Below, one piece after another: positions 29,482-37,681 of a stretch of 39,181 bases of DNA. Under the pieces are notes generated by a model. The model worked only from the letters and a program-made list of their open reading frames with translations, had not been told where the DNA came from and made no database searches. The first letter of the stretch is position 1. Every line of letters starts with the position of its first letter. The stretch spans positions 1 through 39,181 of the forward strand of contig JBEANK010000001.1 in assembly GCA_041165485.1 (NCBI GenBank). The letters are read 5' to 3'. The position numbers and the translations under genes were made by a program. The stretch is from Actinomycetota bacterium. Its GTDB lineage: Bacteria; Actinomycetota; Actinomycetes; Nanopelagicales; Nanopelagicaceae.

Positions 29482-30009
29482 ATGACAAGCAATGAAGGCA
29501 AAGGCCGTCCAACCCCAAAACGAAAAGAAGCAGAGTCCAAGCGTAAGGTCTCCTCTTTGTCCCCCATCGTCACTAAAGACCAAAAGCGTGCTTCAAAGCT
29601 TCAAGCAAAGGAGGCTCGTGTCGCTCAACGAGCAGCATATCTTCGTGGAGATGAAGCGGCACTGCCTGCACGTGATCGTGGTCCAGCCCGTCGATTTGTC
29701 AGAAACTATGTAGATTCACGTCGTTCAATTGGCGAGTACTTCTTGCCTATTATTTTTGTTGTACTAGTTCTCACACTTTTTCCAATCGCTGCAGTGCAAA
29801 TTGGTGCCATCGCTTTGATGTACGCAGTACTTGTCATTGCGGTAATCGATGGAATTTTTCTATCGCGCAAAATCCGCAAAGTGGTTGAAGCTAAATTTCC
29901 AGAAACCTCAACCAAGGGTCTTGGTATGTATGCCTGGTTGCGTTCTACCCAAATGCGACGCTTGCGTGCGCCACATCCTCAGGTGAAGGTCGGCGATTCG
30001 ATTAATTAA
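29482..30009 (+). CDS. DUF3043 family membrane protein
   Basis: GKGRPTPKRKEA, RDRGP.RRFVRNYVDSR, RSTQMRRLRAP; ATG 29482 with TATAGT 6 nt upstream. Confidence 0.9.
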   Translation: MTSNEGKGRPTPKRKEAESKRKVSSLSPIVTKDQKRASKLQAKEARVAQRAAYLRGDEAALPARDRGPARRFVRNYVDSRRSIGEYFLPIIFVVLVLTLFPIAAVQIGAIALMYAVLVIAVIDGIFLSRKIRKVVEAKFPETSTKGLGMYAWLRSTQMRRLRAPHPQVKVGDSIN

Positions 30010-31007
30010 GCCCGAGGATTTGGACTTTCATTTTTCTTAGGATCACGTTCTGGCAGATTTCCTAGAGCTGCATCAATTGCCTTCATAACTTCAGCATCTA
30101 GCTTTACTCCCGCAGCCTTAACATTCTCCTTGACCTGCTTTGGCTTTGTTGCACCCATGATTGCGGTGGACACATTTGGATTTTGTAGAACCCATGCAAT
30201 TGCTAATTGCGACATCGATAACCCTGCTTGTTCTGCGATCGGCTTGAGTTTTTGAACCGCCTCAAGCACCTCATCACGCAACCAGCCCTTGATCATGTTC
30301 GCGCCGCTACCCTTGTCGGTAGCGCGAGATCCGGCAGGAGCCTTCTTTCCTGGCAGGTACTTCCCGGTTAATACTCCTTGAGCCATGGGCGACCAAACGA
30401 TCTGTCCGATTCCCTCTTTCTGCGACAAAGGAACGACCTCTGCTTCGATAACTCGCCATAAGGCCGAGTACTGAGGTTGGCTAGATACAAAACGGTTATA
30501 GCCACGAGCATCCTGGATCGCTAAGGCTGATTTAATCTGAGAGGCGTTCCACTCAGAAAAGCCAATGTAATGAACCTTACCTGCACGAATCAAATCATCA
30601 AATGCACTTAGAGATTCTTCTAAAGGAGTTTCATAATCAAAGCGATGCATTTGGTACAAATCGATGTGATCGGTTTGTAAACGCTTGAGCGATGCATTAC
30701 AGGACTCGATGATGTGCTTGCGAGAAAGTCCGCGGTCATTCTTACCTGTACCTGTAGGCCAATAAACCTTTGTGAATAATTCATACGATTCACGTTTAAC
30801 ACCTTTGAGCGCTTTGCCTAAAACAGTTTCAGCTTTTGTACCTGCGTAGACATCGGCGGTATCAAAGGTTGTGATTCCTTCATCAAGTGCTGCCTTTACG
30901 CACTTGATCGCTGCATCTGATTCGATCTGATTTCCGTGTGTAATCCAGTTTCCGTACGAGATCTCTGAAACATACATTCCGGTACTGCCAAGGCGTCTGT
31001 ATTCCAT
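30006..31007 (-). CDS. Aldo/keto reductase (Kv-beta-like)
   Basis: MEYRRLG, FDTADVY, FTKV, DLYQMHR, GFSEW, WSPMAQGVLTGKY. Confidence 0.93.
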   Translation of the reverse strand: MEYRRLGSTGMYVSEISYGNWITHGNQIESDAAIKCVKAALDEGITTFDTADVYAGTKAETVLGKALKGVKRESYELFTKVYWPTGTGKNDRGLSRKHIIESCNASLKRLQTDHIDLYQMHRFDYETPLEESLSAFDDLIRAGKVHYIGFSEWNASQIKSALAIQDARGYNRFVSSQPQYSALWRVIEAEVVPLSQKEGIGQIVWSPMAQGVLTGKYLPGKKAPAGSRATDKGSGANMIKGWLRDEVLEAVQKLKPIAEQAGLSMSQLAIAWVLQNPNVSTAIMGATKPKQVKENVKAAGVKLDAEVMKAIDAALGNLPERDPKKNESPNPRA

Positions 31008-31083
31008 GTTTGCAAGCCTATGACGAGCGCGCCTAGTTGCCAACCCCTAACCCTTATGGTTTGGTTCGCCTACAACTTAATAG

Positions 31084-31237
31084 CTCATCTAGTGGGGGAA
31101 GTTCGGTGAAAATCCGACGCTGACCCGCAACCGTAAATCTTTAAGAAGATCGTTTTTACAAAGAGCTCCCTTAGAGATAAGTCGGATTACCCAGTAGATC
31201 GAGATGAGACAAACACCCGCCGAGGTTTGCGGGGTGT
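31084..31237 (+). ncRNA. Cobalamin riboswitch
   Basis: GGGAAGTTCGGTGAAAATCCGACGCTGACCCGCAACCGTAA core; B12-box-like AAGTCGGATTACC; closing helix CTCATCTAGTGGG/CCCAGTAGATCGAG; helix ATCTTTAAG/CTTAGAGAT; downstream hairpin ACACCCGC..GCGGGGTGT; precedes an ECF transporter. Confidence 0.9.
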
Positions 31238-31329
31238 GCTCCTATCACCAGAGATATCGGCTCTGCCAACATCTCTGGTCCTGGTTCACTCCCTGTGAGA
31301 CTCTTTCAAATTCGAGAGGCTACACAGCA

Positions 31330-31854
31330 ATGAAATTCAAAGTATTTTTTGCGGCGCTACTTTTGGCCGCGTTATCAACTCCATCGGCGCAAGCTGCAGA
31401 TACTGGGTGGCGCTATTGGGGATACTTTCAAGCCGCCCCTGGTGCAACCAAGTGGACAGCTGCAATGACCGGCCCAACAGTTAATGTTGAAGATGGATCA
31501 GTTGAAGGGTGGGCATTTACCTTTAGTAGCGATGCAATTCCTGATGCAAAGGCTCCGAAAGTGGCACCTTCTTTTTCAAGTATTTGTGGAAAGACAAAGG
31601 CGGTAGCGGGAAAGAAGCGGGTTGGCGTAATGGTCGATTTTGGTTCATCTGTTTTGCGACCAAAGGGTGAATCAACTCCACGTCTTATTCAAAAATGTAT
31701 TGTTGCTGAAAAATCAGCGCTCGGAATTGATGTATTGGGTCAAGCGGTAAAAGTTCGAGCAGAAGGTTCAGGATTTATCTGCGGACTTAATGGCTACCCA
31801 GCTAAAGAGTGCGGAGTAGAGATCAAGACTCCCAAGGGATACATCAAGAAGTAA
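31330..31854 (+). CDS. SCO2322-family secreted protein, putative cobalamin-binding component
   Basis: Signal peptide ending AQA-A; WRYWGY, DGSVEGWAF, VMVDFG, GFICGLNGYP..EC; GAGAGG RBS before ATG 31330. Confidence 0.8.
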   Translation: MKFKVFFAALLLAALSTPSAQAADTGWRYWGYFQAAPGATKWTAAMTGPTVNVEDGSVEGWAFTFSSDAIPDAKAPKVAPSFSSICGKTKAVAGKKRVGVMVDFGSSVLRPKGESTPRLIQKCIVAEKSALGIDVLGQAVKVRAEGSGFICGLNGYPAKECGVEIKTPKGYIKK

Positions 31855-31856
31855 TT

Positions 31857-32603
31857 ATGAGTAAACCATCACTACATCCATTCACATGGTGGCTCTGGGC
31901 TATCGGTTTGGCTGTTGCCATTCTTAGATTTGATAGCACCTGGTTCACTGTTACTTGCGTGGGTGTAGTGATGGTTGTTGTTTATACCTGTCGTGACAAC
32001 GCTCCATGGGCTAAGAGTTTTGATTGGACTTTGAAGCTTTCAGCTTGGATCCTGGCGGTTCGCACTGTGATTGGAATAGCTATTGGTGTTCCCATTCCAG
32101 GAACTCCACTATTTACTCTGCCAATTGTGCCGCTGCCCGATTGGATGCCCGGAATTCGCATCGGGGGCACGGTGACTTGGGAGAGATTGTCCTCTTCTGT
32201 CACTGAAGGCTTACTCATCTGTTCCATCATTGTGATTTTTGGGGCTGCGGCATCATTAACCAGTCCGCATCGTTTGCTGCGTGTTATGCCGATTTACATT
32301 TATGAGTTTGCAGTAACGGTGGTAATTGCGACATCTGTACTTCCGCAATTAGTTGGCTCGGTAAAACGTATTCGAATGGCGCAGAGGTTAAGGGGTCAAA
32401 AGACGCGTGGATTTACCTCATGGAAACGAGTTGCGATTCCTTTATTAGAGGAGTCACTTGCTCGATCCTTAGATTTGGCAGCCTCCATGGATAGTCGTGG
32501 CTATGGAATGAGCAAGAAACGCTCCAGATATCGCCCAATTTCTTGGAAGATGAAGGATTCACTTGTTGTGATTTCAGCGTTGGGTCTAGTGGTGATCTCG
32601 TGA
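31857..32603 (+). CDS. ECF transporter transmembrane component T (CbiQ family)
   Basis: LHPFTWW, coupling-helix Arg motifs AQRLRG and MDSRG. Confidence 0.92.
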   Translation: MSKPSLHPFTWWLWAIGLAVAILRFDSTWFTVTCVGVVMVVVYTCRDNAPWAKSFDWTLKLSAWILAVRTVIGIAIGVPIPGTPLFTLPIVPLPDWMPGIRIGGTVTWERLSSSVTEGLLICSIIVIFGAAASLTSPHRLLRVMPIYIYEFAVTVVIATSVLPQLVGSVKRIRMAQRLRGQKTRGFTSWKRVAIPLLEESLARSLDLAASMDSRGYGMSKKRSRYRPISWKMKDSLVVISALGLVVIS

Positions 32604-34204
32604 TCAAGTTTTCACATGTCTCTTTGATTTATCCAAACTCCACCACCACCGTTTTGGAAGATCTCAATCTGACAATCGCTGAAGGAGAAATGGTTCTAGT
32701 CATCGGTCCCACTGGTTCCGGAAAATCCTCCTTGCTCAGATTAATAAACGGTCTAGTCCCCCATCACACAGGTGGAATCCTGGCAGGTGATGTCAGCGTC
32801 AATGGAGTTTCAACCCAAATGACTAAACCTGGTGGAATGGCCCACTTAATAGGAATCGTTGGACAAAATCCAGCAAATGGCTTTGTTGCAGACACCGTCG
32901 AAGAAGAACTTGCCTTTGGCATGGAGGTTCTCAACCTTCCTAATGATGTGATGCGTAAGAGAGTTGAAGAGGTGCTAGATCTTTTAAGTCTTGCGCAGCT
33001 GCGCAATAGATCAATTGCAACTTTAAGCGGTGGAGAACAACAAAGAGTAGCCATTGGTGCTGCCTTAGTAACCCATCCCAAAGTTCTGGTTCTGGATGAG
33101 CCAACAAGTGCACTAGATCCAATCGCCGCTGAAGAGGTGCTTTCAATTCTGCACCGTTTAGTTCATGACTTAGGACTCACCGTCGTTATTGCTGAGCACA
33201 AACTAGAACGTGTCATTCAATTTGCCGATCGAATCGTTTACATCAATGGCGAAGGTGTAGCAAATGTTGGAACTCCAGAAGAGATCTTGATGCAATCGCC
33301 TATCGCTCCGCCGATTGTGCATTTAGCAAGAGCCTTGGGCCTGAAAGAAATCGGTGTCACGGTACGCGAGATGCGACGAATGACAACGGAGTTTAGGCAA
33401 TTGGAAACCACCAACAAGGTTGAGCCAATACCAGCTACAGAGACCATAATCTCCTTTGAGGAATTAACCGTTTCTTACGCAAGCAAGATTGCGCTCAATC
33501 AGATCACTTCGCAGATTAATGCCGGAGAAGTAGTTGCGGTTATGGGGCGCAACGGTGCTGGAAAAAGCTCATTGTTGAAAGCGTTAGCAGGTGTCAATCA
33601 ACCTTCCGACGGAAGTATCTCCTTATTAGGTAAGAACCCATTTGAGCTTCATGGAAAACAACGACGAGAAACAATTGGTTTTATCCCTCAAGAACCAAGC
33701 GATCTTCTATACGGACAATCAGTCGCCATCGAATGCGAGCAGGCAGATCGAGACAATGAGCTAACGGCGGGAACTACCTATGCCATTCTTCAACAATTGG
33801 TACCTGGAATTTCCACAGCAACTCATCCTCGAGATTTATCAGAGGGGCAACGCCTAGGTCTGGCCCTTAGCGTCGTTCTTTCATCCAATCCATCGATTTT
33901 GATTTTAGATGAACCCACTCGTGGTCTTGATTACCAAGCTAAAAGTGAGTTAACCCGAATGCTGATCAACTTTTCAGCAAGCTTTGGCAAGGCGGTCATA
34001 TTGGCAACACATGATGTTGAACTAGTTGCCGAACTAGCTTCCCGCGTGATCTTCATTGCAGATGGAGATATTGTCGCAGATGGTTCAACACTTGATGTTC
34101 TGCTCTCTTCTCCTGCATTTGCCCCACAAGTGTCGAAGGTAATGGCTCCTCAACCATGGCTCAGTGTTAAAGATGTAGTTGCAGCCCTTGAGGGATTGCA
34201 ATGA
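32600..34204 (+). CDS. ECF transporter fused double ATPase
   Basis: GPTGSGKS/LSGGEQQ/LDEPT and GRNGAGKS/LSEGQR/LDEPT; GTG 32600 overlaps the T-component stop. Confidence 0.95.
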   Translation: MIKFSHVSLIYPNSTTTVLEDLNLTIAEGEMVLVIGPTGSGKSSLLRLINGLVPHHTGGILAGDVSVNGVSTQMTKPGGMAHLIGIVGQNPANGFVADTVEEELAFGMEVLNLPNDVMRKRVEEVLDLLSLAQLRNRSIATLSGGEQQRVAIGAALVTHPKVLVLDEPTSALDPIAAEEVLSILHRLVHDLGLTVVIAEHKLERVIQFADRIVYINGEGVANVGTPEEILMQSPIAPPIVHLARALGLKEIGVTVREMRRMTTEFRQLETTNKVEPIPATETIISFEELTVSYASKIALNQITSQINAGEVVAVMGRNGAGKSSLLKALAGVNQPSDGSISLLGKNPFELHGKQRRETIGFIPQEPSDLLYGQSVAIECEQADRDNELTAGTTYAILQQLVPGISTATHPRDLSEGQRLGLALSVVLSSNPSILILDEPTRGLDYQAKSELTRMLINFSASFGKAVILATHDVELVAELASRVIFIADGDIVADGSTLDVLLSSPAFAPQVSKVMAPQPWLSVKDVVAALEGLQ

Positions 34205-34998
34205 ACACAACTGCAAATGTAATTACCTTTTCTCGTAAGACCGCGGGCGTTCTGCTGGTTGCATCATTGTTCAGCGCCGCTGGATTCCTATGGCCATTTC
34301 TTTATGTAGGCGAGAACTTGCCACAAACTCAACTCTTCTTTTGGTGTGCTGTTGCAATCTCCTTCGCCTTAGTAGTTATACAGATATCCAGCGAACAGTT
34401 AGATGCAAAATCTGTAGCCCTCCTGGGCGTTTTGTCAGCTTTAATTGCAGCGTTAAGACCACTTGGCGCAGGAGCAGTTGGAATAGAACCGATGTGGTTT
34501 ATTTTGATCTTAAGCGCGCGAGTCTTTGGTGCATCTTTTGGTTTTCTTTTAGGAATGATCTCTATGTTTGTCTCCGCCTTATTGACCGGCGGAATTGGGC
34601 CTTGGCTTGGCTACCAAGTATTTGCTGCGGCGTGGATTGGTTTACTTGCTGGAGCTTTACCTAAAACCCTTCGCGGAGGCCGCGAATTAATGATGTTGAT
34701 TATCTACGCCATCTTCGCTTCAGCTGGATTTGGCATACTCATGGATCTTCAATTTTGGCCCTGGGCCTTGGGATCTAGTACCCAGTTGTCGTACCTACCT
34801 AATGGAGATATCTCTGAGAATTTCTCGCGATTTATAACATTTCACTTTGCCACATCAATGGCGTGGGATATTCCACGCGCAATCTTTACCTCTGCTTTGA
34901 TCGCATTTGCTGGAAAAGCGGTGCTTTCAGCTTTGCGTAGAACCCGTACTCGTGCAGCTTTCTTACAACCGATTATCTTTAACGAACATGTGAAGTAA
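34201..34998 (+). CDS. ECF transporter S component, CbrT-like (cobalamin)
   Basis: ALLGVLSALIAALR, GIEP, FG..FGFLLG, GGIGPWL.YQ, WDIPRA; under the B12 riboswitch. Confidence 0.88.
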   Translation: MNTTANVITFSRKTAGVLLVASLFSAAGFLWPFLYVGENLPQTQLFFWCAVAISFALVVIQISSEQLDAKSVALLGVLSALIAALRPLGAGAVGIEPMWFILILSARVFGASFGFLLGMISMFVSALLTGGIGPWLGYQVFAAAWIGLLAGALPKTLRGGRELMMLIIYAIFASAGFGILMDLQFWPWALGSSTQLSYLPNGDISENFSRFITFHFATSMAWDIPRAIFTSALIAFAGKAVLSALRRTRTRAAFLQPIIFNEHVK

Positions 34999-36067
34999 CA
35001 AAGGGAAGCTTTACAACTTCACACTGAGAATCACGTCCACGAACATCAATGACAAGGGTCTGACCAAGCGCCACATCTGATTGCAAAAGCGCTAAACCAA
35101 TTCCATGCTTAAGTGTTGGTGAAAAAGTTCCACTGGTTATCTCACCCACAACATCTCCAGCTTGATTCTTTACACGCATTCCGGCGCGAGGTATTCCGCG
35201 ATCTAAGGATTTGAGCGCATAACTCTTGCGTGATGGGCCACTATCTTTTTGTGATTTAAGTTTTTCAGAGCCGATGAAGCTTTCTTTTTTCCAGCCAACC
35301 GCCCAACCAGCACTTGCTTCGACAGGTGAAATTTCAAGAGATAGCTCATGCCCATGCAATGGGTATCCCATTTCAGTTCTCAAAGTATCGCGTGCGCCTA
35401 AGCCACAGATGACTCCACCCATAGGTGTCATCACATCAACAATTGCATCCCATACTCGTGAAGCATCGGCAACCTTTGGAAGTAATTCAAAACCTAGCTC
35501 TCCGGTGTAACCAGTTCTACATACAATTACATCGGCCCCAGAGATATTTACATGAGTAAATGCCATGTAATCGATATCAACGATGATTCCAAGTTTGGAC
35601 AGCACCTGTGGTGCAAGTGGTCCCTGAATCGCCAGTACCGCAAACTCTGTATGTAAGTTTTTGACCTCAACCCCATCCGGAGCTGCAGCCTGCAGAACTT
35701 TTACAACTTCTGAAGTATTGGAGGCATTGGGAACTAAGAAAAAATCCTCATCTGAATTACGGTAAGCGATCAGATCATCGACGACTCCCCCTGCTGGTGT
35801 GCACAACAAGGTGTATTGAGCTGAACCGCTTTCGATCTTGTTCAAATCATTGGTGAAGCATCGGTTAAGAAACTCAACCGCACCAGCACCCTTTACTGCG
35901 GCCTTACCTAGGTGTGAGACATCAAAGAGCCCCACGCGCTCACGAACCGCTGCATGTTCAGCCAGAACTCCCGCTCCTGGATACTCGATAGGCATCAACC
36001 AACCACCAAAGTCGGCCATCTTTGCATTGAGCGCGAGGTGCTTATCGTTTAATGGCGATGTCTTCAT
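34979..36067 (-). CDS. gcvT: Glycine cleavage system aminomethyltransferase T
   Basis: DFGGWLMP, EH.AVR, FDVSHLG, RTGYTGE.GFE, GLGARDTLRTEMG, TSGTFSPTL. Confidence 0.97.
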   Translation of the reverse strand: MKTSPLNDKHLALNAKMADFGGWLMPIEYPGAGVLAEHAAVRERVGLFDVSHLGKAAVKGAGAVEFLNRCFTNDLNKIESGSAQYTLLCTPAGGVVDDLIAYRNSDEDFFLVPNASNTSEVVKVLQAAAPDGVEVKNLHTEFAVLAIQGPLAPQVLSKLGIIVDIDYMAFTHVNISGADVIVCRTGYTGELGFELLPKVADASRVWDAIVDVMTPMGGVICGLGARDTLRTEMGYPLHGHELSLEISPVEASAGWAVGWKKESFIGSEKLKSQKDSGPSRKSYALKSLDRGIPRAGMRVKNQAGDVVGEITSGTFSPTLKHGIGLALLQSDVALGQTLVIDVRGRDSQCEVVKLPFVTSHVR

Positions 36068-36105
36068 TGTGCAAACCTACCAAGAGTTCTATTACGCTTC
36101 AGGGT

Positions 36106-37596
36106 ATGAGCACATTAAAGATTTCAGATGGCGTCGTTAAGGATGAGGTTCTAGTCCTTGGGCTTGCTTCAACTAATTCAAAGGGCGGCCTCGCCATTGA
36201 AACTGGCGAAATGGCGATCGATACAAAGACGGTACTTGCCCAACTTGTCGACATGGGTGCAACTGGAAAAGCAGATGAAATCATTAAAGTGCCGGGTACT
36301 CATGTTCGTTTGTTGGTCTTCACCGGCCTTGGAAGTAAATCATCACAGTATTCACATGAAACCCTGCGTCGCGCGGCAGGTGCCGCATCTCGCGCACTAG
36401 CCGGAAATGCATCTGCAACCTTTTCTCTTCCGGCCAAGACAGTTGCTGAAGTAGCGGCCGTTGCTGAAGGCGCAGCCCTAGGTGCGTACTCATTTACCGA
36501 GTTTCGTGGCTCAACAAAAACTGATTTTAAAGCCCCGCTTAAGACAATTACTGTCCACTCAAAGTTGGCATTAACAGCTGATGGTAAGGCGGCTGTATCT
36601 CGCGCAGCGATAATTGCGAAGTACACACATCTTGTAAGAGATTTAATCAATACTCCTCCAAGCCATTTAACTCCAGATTCATTTACCAAGAAAATGACAG
36701 CGGTTGTAAAAGCTGCAGGTGGTGCTAAAGCTGGTTTGAAGGTACAAATTTGGGATGAGAAGCAACTGAAATCTCAGGGCTTTGGCGGAATTATCGGAGT
36801 TGGTCAAGGCTCAGCTAATCCCCCACGTTTACTACACATCTCGTATACACCAAAGGGTAAAGCTGCCAAGCGTTATGCATATGTTGGTAAGGGAATCACC
36901 TTTGATACCGGCGGTTTAGCTCTGAAGCCTGCAGCTGGTATGGAAGCGATGAAATCAGATATGAGTGGAGCTGCAGCGGTAAGTGCGGCGGTAATTGCTA
37001 TTGCTGAATTAAAATTAAATGTTGCAATTGATGCGTGGGCACCATTGGCTGAAAACATGCCAAGTGATACCGCAACACGACCAAGTGACATCATCACAAT
37101 CTTTGGTGGAAAAACTGTAGAAGTACTCAATCCTGATGCAGAAGGTCGTTTAGTTCTTGCAGATGCACTGATGAAGGCGCAGAGTTCAAAGAATAAGTTG
37201 GATGGAATTGTTGATGTCGCGACTTTGACCGGCGCACAAGTTGTTGCGCTGGGCACTCGCACAAGTGCGGTGATGACAAACAATCCTGAGTTCAGCGATG
37301 CCTTTTTGAAGGTAACCGCGCTCACAGGCGAACAGTTCTGGCCTATGCCATTACCTGAAGAGCTTCGTGCCTCTTTGGATTCACCTGTTGCTGATTTGGC
37401 CAATATTGGCGATCGCATGGGTGGAATGCTGGTTGCTGGTCTGTTCTTGAAGGATTTTGTTTCTCCAGAACTGCCATGGCTTCACTTAGATATTGCAGGA
37501 CCTGCTTATAACGAAGCTAAGCCTCATGGCTACACACCAGTGGGCGGCACAGGAATCTCCCTGCGCTCACTTGTGACATTGGCTGAACAGGGGTAG
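36106..37596 (+). CDS. pepA: M17 leucyl aminopeptidase
   Basis: VGKGITFDTGG, MKSDMSGAA, NPDAEGRLVLAD, ATLTGA, HLDIAG; ATG 36106. Confidence 0.96.
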   Translation: MSTLKISDGVVKDEVLVLGLASTNSKGGLAIETGEMAIDTKTVLAQLVDMGATGKADEIIKVPGTHVRLLVFTGLGSKSSQYSHETLRRAAGAASRALAGNASATFSLPAKTVAEVAAVAEGAALGAYSFTEFRGSTKTDFKAPLKTITVHSKLALTADGKAAVSRAAIIAKYTHLVRDLINTPPSHLTPDSFTKKMTAVVKAAGGAKAGLKVQIWDEKQLKSQGFGGIIGVGQGSANPPRLLHISYTPKGKAAKRYAYVGKGITFDTGGLALKPAAGMEAMKSDMSGAAAVSAAVIAIAELKLNVAIDAWAPLAENMPSDTATRPSDIITIFGGKTVEVLNPDAEGRLVLADALMKAQSSKNKLDGIVDVATLTGAQVVALGTRTSAVMTNNPEFSDAFLKVTALTGEQFWPMPLPEELRASLDSPVADLANIGDRMGGMLVAGLFLKDFVSPELPWLHLDIAGPAYNEAKPHGYTPVGGTGISLRSLVTLAEQG

Positions 37597-37681
37597 CCCT
37601 GCCCCGCGCATTGGGAAGTTTCACCCTCTTTGAGGCAAGATAGGCACCTAGCCCGCGTGGGCGTATGGAGGGAGCCCTTTA

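Noticed and set aside
31204-31329. 42-codon N-terminal extension or leader peptide of the SCO2322-like ORF
   Set aside because: It runs through riboswitch hairpins; the RBS and signal peptide support ATG 31330.
36068-36105. Glycine riboswitch for gcvT (and T-box for thrS)
   Set aside because: The spacers are only 38 nt and 4 nt, leaving no room; both genes look leaderless.
36099-37418. Long antisense ORFs (also 3943-4443, 18292-18813, 34290-34664 and other short ORF-track entries)
   Set aside because: They lie opposite or out of frame within conserved genes, with no recognisable motifs; an expected by-product of codon bias.
37597-37681. Terminator or operator between pepA and lpdA (GCCCGCGTGGGC, GGGAAGTTTCACCC)
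   Set aside because: Short imperfect stems without a U-tract; not distinguishable from chance.
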